Both the position numbers and the translations under genes were made by a program. A stretch of 25,430 bases of DNA from Halobacteriaceae archaeon (lineage in GTDB: Archaea; Halobacteriota; Halobacteria; Halobacteriales; Halobacteriaceae), in the NCBI GenBank assembly GCA_042216675.1, contig JBDGTS010000015.1, forward strand, positions 1 through 25,430, read 5' to 3'. The notes below the pieces were generated by a model, which worked only from the letters and a program-made list of their open reading frames with translations, was not told where the DNA came from and did not search any database. Shown here piece by piece: positions 17,941 to 25,430 of the stretch. The first letter of the stretch is position 1. The number at the start of each line of letters is the position of its first letter.

Positions 17941-18759
17941 TCAGCCCTCGGGACCCAACGCGTCGACGACGCGGGCCGCGTTCTTCGAGAAGACCCGCCG
18001 CATCGAGTCTTCGGGGACGTCGAGCGTGAGGATTTCCATCACGCCGACGTTCGGGTGGACCGTTGGCGCACCGCTCCCGAACAGCACTCTGTCGGGATGC
18101 TCTCGTATCGCCCGCTCCAGCACCGACCGGTAGCGGACGGCGCTGGTGTCCAGATACAGGTCGTCGTGGGTGCCGAGCAGTTCGACCGTTCGCCCCATCC
18201 GGTCTTCGTCGAGGGGGAAGCCGCCGAAGTGCGCGAGGACGACGGGGAACCCTCGCTCCAGCAGGGGGCCCGCGCTCTCGGGCGGGAAGCCCGCGCCCGC
18301 GTGGACGAGAACAGGGAGGTCCACGGTCCCGAGAGCGTCGAGCGTCTCCCCGTCGGGGAGGCCGTCGCGGACCGGGTCCAGCATGAAGCCGTGAAACCGG
18401 TCGTCGTAGGCGTACTGCTCGACTTCTTCGGGGGACGTGTGGTTGTCGTCGCGCCGCGCCGCGAGGTTCCGCAACTGCGCGGTGGCGGACTCACCGGGGT
18501 CGCGGGGCCCGTTCAGACGGGCGAAGGCGACGAGCGGTCGCTCGACGGTGCCCCGTGCGATGGCGTTGTTCGCGCGGAGGTAGTCGCCGTCGGCGACCGT
18601 TTCGCCGTGCGGGCCGGGGTAGACGACGGAGCGGACGACGCCGGCCTGATGCATCTCTCGTTCGAGGGACTCCGCGCCCTCCTCGGCCGCCGTGCCCTCG
18701 CCGCCGGGGAGCCACGCGTTGGCGTCCACGACCCGGAACCCGTGGTTCAACTCCAGCAT
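17941..18759 (-). CDS. Amidohydrolase_2-like TIM-barrel protein (atypical metal ligands)
   Basis: EMHQAGVVRSVV, LPVLVHAG, VVLAHFGG, LYLDTS, DRVLFGSG, VFSKNAARV. Confidence 0.85.
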   Translation of the reverse strand: MLELNHGFRVVDANAWLPGGEGTAAEEGAESLEREMHQAGVVRSVVYPGPHGETVADGDYLRANNAIARGTVERPLVAFARLNGPRDPGESATAQLRNLAARRDDNHTSPEEVEQYAYDDRFHGFMLDPVRDGLPDGETLDALGTVDLPVLVHAGAGFPPESAGPLLERGFPVVLAHFGGFPLDEDRMGRTVELLGTHDDLYLDTSAVRYRSVLERAIREHPDRVLFGSGAPTVHPNVGVMEILTLDVPEDSMRRVFSKNAARVVDALGPEG

Positions 18760-18822
18760 CGGATGGGGGTTCTCCGGCCCCCCTCATTTCGGTGTCGGTG
18801 TCGCACACCCGTGATGTCGGAA

Positions 18823-18847
18823 CGAAAATTTATTTATAGAACCGCAA
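18823..18847 (+). promoter_or_regulatory. Haloarchaeal heat-shock-type promoter (CGAA...TTTATA-GAA...CAA)
   Basis: CGAA 18823-18826, TTTATA 18833-18838, GAA 18839-18841, CAA 18845-18847; ATG at 18863, consistent with a leaderless mRNA. Confidence 0.7.
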
Positions 18848-18862
18848 CCCACCTTCGCCCGT

Positions 18863-20449
18863 ATGTCACAAGGACAGCGACGGAGTCCGGTCTTCATTCT
18901 CAACGAGGACTCCGAACGCACGAAGGGGCGAGACGCACAGTCGACGAACATCAACGCGGGCAAGGCCGTCGCCGAGTCCGTGCGGACGACACTCGGTCCG
19001 CAAGGCATGGACAAGATGCTCGTGGACTCCACGGGCGAAGTCGTCATCACGAACGACGGCGTGACCATCCTGCAGGAGATGGACATCGACCACCCGGCGG
19101 CTCAGCTCATCGTCGAGGTGGCCGAGAGCCAAGAGGAGACGACCGGCGACGGCACCACGACGGCCTCCGTGCTCGCGGGCCAGCTCCTCGCGAAGTCCGA
19201 GGAACTCGTCGACCAGGACATCCATCCGCGCACCATCGTGGACGGCTACACCGAGGCCGCCCGCATCGCGCAGGCGGAAATCGACGACATCGCCCTCGAC
19301 GACGACCTCGACGACGAGACGCTGGCGAAGGTGGCCTCCTCCAGCATGACCGGCAAGGGCACCGGCGACTTCGACGCCGCCGAACTCGCTGACCTCGTCG
19401 TGGACGCGGCCCGCCGCGTCCGCTCCGGGGGTAAGGTCCACCGCGACGACATCCACATCACCGCCGAGATGGGCGCCTCTTCCCGCGCCACGGACATCGT
19501 GAACGGCGCCGTCACGGACGAGAAACCCGCCCGGGAGGGCATGCCCCGGAGCGTCGAGGACGTGACCGTCCTCCTCCTCAACTCCGAACTCGAGAAGCGC
19601 GAGACGACAGTCGACGTCGAGTACGACGTCGGCGGCTCCGATCAGATCGACCAAGCCCTCGAGGCCGAACGCGAGGAGTTCCGCAGTTACGCCGAGAAAC
19701 TGGACGAGGCCGGCGTCGACGTCCTCATCTCCACCGAGGACGTCGCCGACCCCATCCTCGACTACCTCGAAGACTACGGCATCCTCACCATCGACAACGT
19801 CGACAGTTACAGCGAACACGTCGGCAAGCAGGTGGCGAAAGCGACGGGCGCGACGCCCGTCGGTTCCGTCGAGGACATCGACCCGGACCACCTCGGCCAC
19901 GCCGAGTCCGTCCACGTCGAGACGTACGGCGACGAGTCGTACACCCTCGTCGACGGCGGCGACGACTCCGGCATCGTGACGGTGTTCGTGCGCGGCGGCA
20001 CCGCCCACGTCACCGACGAACTCGAACGCGCCATCGGCGACGCCGTGGACGTGGTCTCGACGGCCCTCGACGAGGGCGGCGTCGTGCCCGGCGCCGGCGT
20101 CACCGAGATCAAAATCGCCAGCCGCCTCCGCGACGAGGCGGCGGGCGTCTCCGGCCGCAAGCAACTCGCCGTCGAGGCGTTCGCGGACGCCGTCGAGGTC
20201 CTGCCCCGCACCCTCGCGGAGAACACCGGCATGGACCAGATCGACGCTCTCGTGGACATGCGCGCCGCGAACGAGGACGACGGCTGCGCGGGCATCATCG
20301 CACGCGGCGAGACGGGCGAACTCGACGACCCCCTCGAACACGGCATCCTCGACCCCACCCAAGTGAAGCGCAAGGCCGTCGAGAACGCCGCCGAGTCCGC
20401 GTCCACCATCCTCCGCATCGACGACATCATCTCCGCGGACCAGTCCTGA
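18863..20449 (+). CDS. cct3: Thermosome (group II chaperonin) subunit, probably the third, Cct3-type paralogue
   Basis: [47 protein letters not shown]; no GGM tail. Chaperonin call is firm; the paralogue call is inferred from divergence and recalled linkage to nadM/lonB. Confidence 0.85.
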   Translation: MSQGQRRSPVFILNEDSERTKGRDAQSTNINAGKAVAESVRTTLGPQGMDKMLVDSTGEVVITNDGVTILQEMDIDHPAAQLIVEVAESQEETTGDGTTTASVLAGQLLAKSEELVDQDIHPRTIVDGYTEAARIAQAEIDDIALDDDLDDETLAKVASSSMTGKGTGDFDAAELADLVVDAARRVRSGGKVHRDDIHITAEMGASSRATDIVNGAVTDEKPAREGMPRSVEDVTVLLLNSELEKRETTVDVEYDVGGSDQIDQALEAEREEFRSYAEKLDEAGVDVLISTEDVADPILDYLEDYGILTIDNVDSYSEHVGKQVAKATGATPVGSVEDIDPDHLGHAESVHVETYGDESYTLVDGGDDSGIVTVFVRGGTAHVTDELERAIGDAVDVVSTALDEGGVVPGAGVTEIKIASRLRDEAAGVSGRKQLAVEAFADAVEVLPRTLAENTGMDQIDALVDMRAANEDDGCAGIIARGETGELDDPLEHGILDPTQVKRKAVENAAESASTILRIDDIISADQS

Positions 20450-20509
20450 CGGCCACCACCGTTTTCCGGACGTCCGCCACTTAGGTGGCTGCGTCCCCTC
20501 TCCCCCGAC

Positions 20510-21862
20510 GTGAGCGATGCGCTCGGACTTCGGGAAGCCGTCTCGATAGCGCTGGGCGGGATGGTCGGGGGCGGCATCTACGCCGTCCTCGGCGTCGTGA
20601 CCAGCATCGCCGGCCCGGCGACGTGGGCTGCGTTCGTCCTCGCCGGCGTCGTCGCCGCGTGTGCCGGCTACTCCTACAGTTGTCTCAACAGCCTCGCGAC
20701 CGACCGCGGTGGCTCGGTCACCCTCGTCCAGTCGTTCACGGGGAACACGACGGCGGCGGGGATGGCCGGGTGGACGCTCCTGTTCGGCTACGTCGGATCG
20801 ATGGCGATGTACGCCTTCGCGTTCGCGGAGTTCGCCCTCGCCTTCGCCGTCCTGCCGCGGGCCGCCGCCGGTGTGCCGCTGCGCCCCGTCGTCTCGGTGG
20901 CCGTCGTCGGTGGCTTCGTGGCCCTGAACCTCCTCGGGACGCGGGTGACCGGCGCCGCAGAGAACGTCCTCGTCGCCCTGAAAGTCGGCATCCTCGTCGC
21001 CTTCGGCGTGGCGGGCCTGCTCTATGGCGTCACCGCCACGCCCGACGCCTTCCGCTTGGGCGGCAGTGAACTGGCCTCCGCCGGGCCGCTGGTGGCCGCC
21101 GGCGTCTCGTTCGTCGCGTTTCAGGGCTGGCAGTTGCTGTTCTACGACCAGGAGAGCATCGTCGACCCCGAGGACACAATCTCGACGGCCGTCTATCTCG
21201 CCATCGCCGTCGCCGTCGTCATCTACGTCCTCGTCGCGGTGGTGACGTTCAACCTCGCGCCCGACGCCCTCGTCGCGCACCCGCACACCGCGCTGAAGGA
21301 CGCGGCACAAACCGTCGGTGCCGTCGTGGGCCTCGGCGCCGTCGGCGGGACGGTCATCGCGCTCTCGGCGCTGTTCTCGACCGGGAGCGCGATCAACGCG
21401 ACGCTGTTCTCCGCCGGTCACTTCGCGAAGGGGATGTTGAGCGCGGACCTGCTTCCCGACAGGGCGGGCGACGGCGGCGCCGACGGCGCGCCGGACCGGA
21501 CGATACTCCTACTCGGTGCCGTCACCGCGGCGTTCACCGCGGCCGGGAGCCTCGAAGCCATCACGAACTTCGCGTCCGTCGCGTTCGTCGTCGTCTTCGG
21601 CGCGATGAGCGTCCTCGCGTTCCGCCAGCGGGATGCGGACGCCATCTCGCCGCTCCCGCCCGCCGTCGGTGCGGTCGGTTCCGCCGCCTTCCTGCCGCTG
21701 ATGCTCGCGCATCTGTACCGCGAGGACGTGACGACGTTCCTGCTGGTGTTCGTCCTCGCGACGCTGACGCTGGCGGTCGAACTCCTCTACTTCGAGCGCG
21801 AGTGGGTGGCCGACGGCGTCAGGGCGTTCGAGGACGACGTCGAGGGGGCGCTCTTCGAGTAG
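20510..21862 (+). CDS. APC family amino acid permease
   Basis: LGLREAVSIALGGMVGGGIY (TM1), GGS, FVAFQGWQ (TM6), about 12 hydrophobic segments. Confidence 0.92.
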   Translation: MSDALGLREAVSIALGGMVGGGIYAVLGVVTSIAGPATWAAFVLAGVVAACAGYSYSCLNSLATDRGGSVTLVQSFTGNTTAAGMAGWTLLFGYVGSMAMYAFAFAEFALAFAVLPRAAAGVPLRPVVSVAVVGGFVALNLLGTRVTGAAENVLVALKVGILVAFGVAGLLYGVTATPDAFRLGGSELASAGPLVAAGVSFVAFQGWQLLFYDQESIVDPEDTISTAVYLAIAVAVVIYVLVAVVTFNLAPDALVAHPHTALKDAAQTVGAVVGLGAVGGTVIALSALFSTGSAINATLFSAGHFAKGMLSADLLPDRAGDGGADGAPDRTILLLGAVTAAFTAAGSLEAITNFASVAFVVVFGAMSVLAFRQRDADAISPLPPAVGAVGSAAFLPLMLAHLYREDVTTFLLVFVLATLTLAVELLYFEREWVADGVRAFEDDVEGALFE

Positions 21863-22609
21863 TCACCACGTCAGCGTCACGGCGTCCCCCGCCGCGACGC
21901 CGAACGCCTCGTCGCCGCGCCCGCGGTTGACCGCGAGTTCGACGTTGCCGTGGCTCCCGACCGTCACCAGTCGCTCGCCGGGCGCGACGGCCGCGTACGT
22001 CCGTTCGACCGGCGCCGCTTCGCCGTTCACCGTCATCTCCTCGCCGCGGCGCTCGGTCGCCACCCGTCCCGGTACGTTCGTTATCGCGTTCCCGAAGCCG
22101 TCCACGACCAGCACCTCGCCCTCGGCGCGGTCCCCCTCGACCGTCGCCTCGGGGAAACGCAGGTCCTCCCAGCCCTCGGTCAGGGTCGTCCGGTCGAGTG
22201 CGGCGGCGCTCGTCTCGTGGACGTCGGCGGCGGCGGGCGCGAACACGTCCCGACCGTGGAACGTCGCGCTCTCGGGGTCCTCGACTTCGATTTCGTACAC
22301 CTGCCGGTCGTCGCCGAGTTCCCGTGCCGCCGGCAGAAGCACGCCGTTGTCCGGGCCGACGAGGGTGTGGTCGCCAGCCTCCACTACGAGGGCCGCCCGG
22401 TCCGTCCCCACGCCCGGGTCCACGACGACGAGGTGGACGGCGGGCGGGAACGTCGGCAGGACCTCGCGAAGCCAGAACGCCGCGGTGGACACGTCCTGCC
22501 GCGGGAAGTCGTGGGCCACGTCCACGAGGCGGGCGTCACACCGTGCGAGCATCGCGCCCTTCATCGCCGCCGGATAGGGCGACCCGAAGTCGGAGGCGAG
22601 GGTAATCAT
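21863..22609 (-). CDS. SAM hydrolase / SAM-dependent halogenase family protein (DUF62)
   Basis: ATG 22609 in ATGA overlap with nadM; MITLASDFG, VVDPGVGTDR, GPDNG, TFHGRDVFAP, DGFGN, ELAVNRG. Confidence 0.93.
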   Translation of the reverse strand: MITLASDFGSPYPAAMKGAMLARCDARLVDVAHDFPRQDVSTAAFWLREVLPTFPPAVHLVVVDPGVGTDRAALVVEAGDHTLVGPDNGVLLPAARELGDDRQVYEIEVEDPESATFHGRDVFAPAAADVHETSAAALDRTTLTEGWEDLRFPEATVEGDRAEGEVLVVDGFGNAITNVPGRVATERRGEEMTVNGEAAPVERTYAAVAPGERLVTVGSHGNVELAVNRGRGDEAFGVAAGDAVTLTW

Positions 22610-23142
22610 CGCTCGACGCCGAGGTCGTCGCCGTTGGTGTCCGTCGCGGCCACCCGGCGAATCCGCTCGATGCCGCCGATTTCGTCGATGACGTCCGCGA
22701 CGGCGTCGGGAACGTACGGCTCCCACTCCTCGCCGCGGATCATCCGCTTGCGGAGTTCGGTGCCCTCCAACACGTCGCGGTTGAACATCGGCACCTGCCG
22801 CACCTCGATGTCCGCCTCGTCGAACAGTTCGATGACGAGGGGGTTGTTCGAGTAGGCCACGTCGAAGGCCGGACACATGCTCTGGACGTGGCTCACCCAG
22901 ACGGAGTTCCGGTCGAGGTCCTCGATGGGCACGACGTAGGAGACCAAGTCGAGGTCCACGAGCGACCGGGTCAGCATCATCACACGTTCGCCCGCCGTGA
23001 ACGGGTCGTGTGGCGAGTGCGAGTCGCCGGCGCTCCCGATGCCGACGACGAGTTCGTCCACTTGGTCCGCAATCTGCTCCACGACGCGGTGATGCCCGTC
23101 GTGGTAGGGCTGGAAGCGGCCGATGAAGAAGCCGCGGGTCAT
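22606..23142 (-). CDS. nadM: Nicotinamide-nucleotide adenylyltransferase
   Basis: GRFQPYHDGH (HxGH), GIGSA, DPFTAGER, SNNPLV, GTELR. Confidence 0.96.
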   Translation of the reverse strand: MTRGFFIGRFQPYHDGHHRVVEQIADQVDELVVGIGSAGDSHSPHDPFTAGERVMMLTRSLVDLDLVSYVVPIEDLDRNSVWVSHVQSMCPAFDVAYSNNPLVIELFDEADIEVRQVPMFNRDVLEGTELRKRMIRGEEWEPYVPDAVADVIDEIGGIERIRRVAATDTNGDDLGVER

Positions 23143-23166
23143 ATCCGGCGTTCCGGGCCTGCGCTC

Positions 23167-23589
23167 TTAAGCGTGCCGTGTCCGGGAAGCGCCGTTCAGT
23201 CGCTCGCTCACGACCGGTCGGAGGTCCACCGCGAGACACGCCGCTGTCAGGCAGGTACCGACGAGCGCCCACGGCCCCGGGTCGACGTGTGTCGTACACG
23301 CTTTCGCGGCGGCACCACACGCCAGCGAGGGGGAGAGACCAGCCACCGTGACGCCCGCCCCGATGACGACGCCGACCGCGGCCACCCGCCGGAGCGCGCC
23401 GCTGAGCCACGTGAGGCGCACGAACTGGACGGCTCCGAAGGCACCGAGGACGTACACCGTCCCCGGAAGGACGGGCGTCGCAGAGGGGCCGTACTGGAGC
23501 CAGTACGACGTGTACGCGAGGGTGAAGCCGGCGGCGAGAAGCGCTCCGAGGAGGGCGGCCACGGCTCTGTCGCGGAACCGGTTAGCCAT
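23167..23589 (-). CDS. Hypothetical membrane protein (about 4 TM)
   Basis: Four hydrophobic segments; AAATATAAG box 22-30 nt upstream of the ATG; fills the nadM-lonB gap. Confidence 0.65.
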   Translation of the reverse strand: MANRFRDRAVAALLGALLAAGFTLAYTSYWLQYGPSATPVLPGTVYVLGAFGAVQFVRLTWLSGALRRVAAVGVVIGAGVTVAGLSPSLACGAAAKACTTHVDPGPWALVGTCLTAACLAVDLRPVVSERLNGASRTRHA

Positions 23590-23774
23590 GACACACGTTC
23601 GGTGGCCCTACTTATATTTCTGATGAGCCCCCGGAAAGCCGGGGGTCACGATCGCCTCGCTCTCAACGGGCGTTCTACGGCCTGAGGTGCCCGAATTTCA
23701 CAGTCCCCGAATTCGCCGAAGGGAGAAAGTATATCACTCCGCCGGCCCACCTTTCGAGTACCGACAGTAGTTCT

Positions 23775-25430
23775 ATGAGTGAAGACAAACCGACCGAGAA
23801 CTCCCCACCCGAGTCCGAGTCCGAACCGGCGGATAGCGACCGGTTCGAGGACGGCGCCGGGGAGGGGTTCGAGGACCTCGGAAGCGAGGTCGAGGTCGAG
23901 GCCGACGCCGACGTCGAGATAGACGAGGAGGCGGCCGAAGACGACCTGCTCGGCGGGCTCCAGATCGACAGCACCGAGGACATCCGGGTCCCCGACCGCC
24001 TCGTCGATCAGGTCATCGGGCAGAACGAGGCCCGCGACATCGTCAAGAAGGCGGCCAAGCAGCACCGCCACGTGATGATGATCGGCTCGCCCGGAACGGG
24101 CAAGTCGATGCTGGCGAAGGCGATGGCCGAACTTCTCCCGAAGGAGAGCCTGCAGGACGTCCTCGTCTACCACAACCCCGACGACTCCAACAATCCCAAG
24201 GTCCGCACCGTGCCGGCCGGGAAGGGCGAACAGATCGTCGAGGCCCACAAGGAGGAAGCCCGCAAGCGCAACCAGATGCGCTCCTTCCTGATGTGGATCA
24301 TCATCGCCATCATCATCGGGTACGCCTTCATAGTCGTCGGGCAGTTGCTCATCGGCATCCTCGCCGCCGGCATCATCTACCTCGCCTTCCGGTACTCCTC
24401 GCGCGGCGGCGACGCCATGGTACCGAAACTGCTCATCAACAACGCCGACACGCAGAAGGCGCCCTTCGAGGACGCCACCGGCGCCCACGCCGGTGCGCTG
24501 CTGGGCGACGTGCGACACGACCCGTTCCAGTCCGGCGGCATGGAGACGCCGAGCCACGACCGCGTGGAGTCCGGCGCCATCCACGAGGCCAACAAGGGCG
24601 TGCTGTTCGTGGACGAGATCAACACCCTCGACATCCGCTCTCAGCAGAAGCTGATGACCGCGATTCAGGAGGGCGAGTTCTCCATCACGGGCCAGTCCGA
24701 GCGCTCCTCGGGCGCCATGGTCCAGACGGAGCCGGTGCCGTGTGACTTCATCATGATCGCGGCCGGCAACATGGACGCGATGGAGAACATGCACCCGGCG
24801 CTCCGCTCCCGCATCAAGGGGTACGGGTACGAGGTGTACTTCGAGGACACCGTCGAGGACACCCCCGAGATGCGGCGAAAGTACGCCCGCTTCGTCGCCC
24901 AAGAGGTCGAGAAGGACGGGCGGCTTCCGCAGTTCGAACCGGACGCGCTTCGGGAGATCATCCTCGAAGCCAAGCGCCGGTCCGGCCGCAAGGACCACCT
25001 CACCCTGAAGTTCCGCGAACTCGGTGGACTGGTCCGCGTCGCCGGCGACATCGCCCGCTCGGAGGGCCGCGAGATGACGACCCGGGCCGACGTGCTCCGG
25101 GCGAAGAAGCGCTCGCGCTCCATCGAGCAGCAGGTGGCCGACGACTACATCGAGCGCCGCAAGGACTACGAACTCAAGGTGTCCGACGGCGCCGCCGTGG
25201 GCCGCGTCAACGGTCTCGCCGTGATGGGCGGCGACTCCGGCATCATGATGCCCGTGATGGCCGAAGTCACGCCCCGACAGGGCGAGGGTGGCGAAGTGTA
25301 TGCCACCGGCAAACTGCAGGAAATCGCCGAGGAGGCGGTCGAGAACGTCTCGGCCATCATCAAGAAGTTCAGCGGCGAGAACATCGCGGAGAAGGACATC
25401 CACATCCAGTTCGTCCAGTCCTACGAGGGC
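23775..25430 (+). CDS. lonB: ATP-dependent membrane protease LonB, 5' part (runs off the window; absent from the ORF track)
   Basis: ATG 23775; acidic N-tail, DRLVDQVIGQ, Walker A GSPGTGKS, TM insert FLMWIIIAIIIG...IIYLAF, HDPFQSGG, Walker B LFVDE, GRVNGLAV, DIHIQF. Confidence 0.97.
   Translation, partial: MSEDKPTENSPPESESEPADSDRFEDGAGEGFEDLGSEVEVEADADVEIDEEAAEDDLLGGLQIDSTEDIRVPDRLVDQVIGQNEARDIVKKAAKQHRHVMMIGSPGTGKSMLAKAMAELLPKESLQDVLVYHNPDDSNNPKVRTVPAGKGEQIVEAHKEEARKRNQMRSFLMWIIIAIIIGYAFIVVGQLLIGILAAGIIYLAFRYSSRGGDAMVPKLLINNADTQKAPFEDATGAHAGALLGDVRHDPFQSGGMETPSHDRVESGAIHEANKGVLFVDEINTLDIRSQQKLMTAIQEGEFSITGQSERSSGAMVQTEPVPCDFIMIAAGNMDAMENMHPALRSRIKGYGYEVYFEDTVEDTPEMRRKYARFVAQEVEKDGRLPQFEPDALREIILEAKRRSGRKDHLTLKFRELGGLVRVAGDIARSEGREMTTRADVLRAKKRSRSIEQQVADDYIERRKDYELKVSDGAAVGRVNGLAVMGGDSGIMMPVMAEVTPRQGEGGEVYATGKLQEIAEEAVENVSAIIKKFSGENIAEKDIHIQFVQSYEG

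Noticed and set aside
18866-21421. 851-aa minus-strand ORF
   Set aside because: Antisense shadow of the thermosome and permease genes, typical of high-GC DNA; no motifs.
22610-23410. N-terminal extension of the DUF62 protein (515-aa ORF)
   Set aside because: Off-frame read of nadM and the upstream gene; the family begins at MITLASDFG (22609).
24500-24560. Possible intein in LonB
   Set aside because: HDPFQSGGMETP is contiguous and the visible part has normal domain spacing.
23646-25403. 585-aa minus-strand ORF
   Set aside because: Antisense to lonB, which the track misses because its stop lies outside the window.

Overview
High-GC haloarchaeal (Halobacteria) chromosomal segment with acidic proteins and mostly leaderless genes (TATA-like boxes about 25-30 nt upstream of the start codon). 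It is largely core genome. In order: 3' end of thi4, an orphan 7TM/PAS histidine kinase, an NAD-dependent epimerase, an archaemetzincin-like protein, a methyltransferase, thiR(HTH-ThiN)-dcd, pth2-truD, a zinc-ribbon/DUF2103-like protein, a frameshifted ACR3-type transporter, rpl37ae-rpoP-pcc1-[inserted Tat lipoprotein]-pfdB-DUF3194-like, DUF2070-like-guaAa, TRAM, YkgJ, wHTH, an F420-type PPOX protein, a 44-aa zinc-finger microprotein absent from the ORF track, a methyltransferase/GT2/amidohydrolase trio, a thermosome subunit with a heat-shock-type promoter, an APC permease, SAM hydrolase-nadM and the 5' part of lonB. No rRNA, tRNA, CRISPR array, transposase or integrase was recognised. The most interesting signals are the trio whose GT2 and amidohydrolase both lack canonical catalytic motifs, a pilin-like domain on a Tat/lipobox anchor, an archaemetzincin-like protein lacking HEXXH, and the ACR3 frameshift. 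All family calls come from motif recognition by eye; no database search was run.
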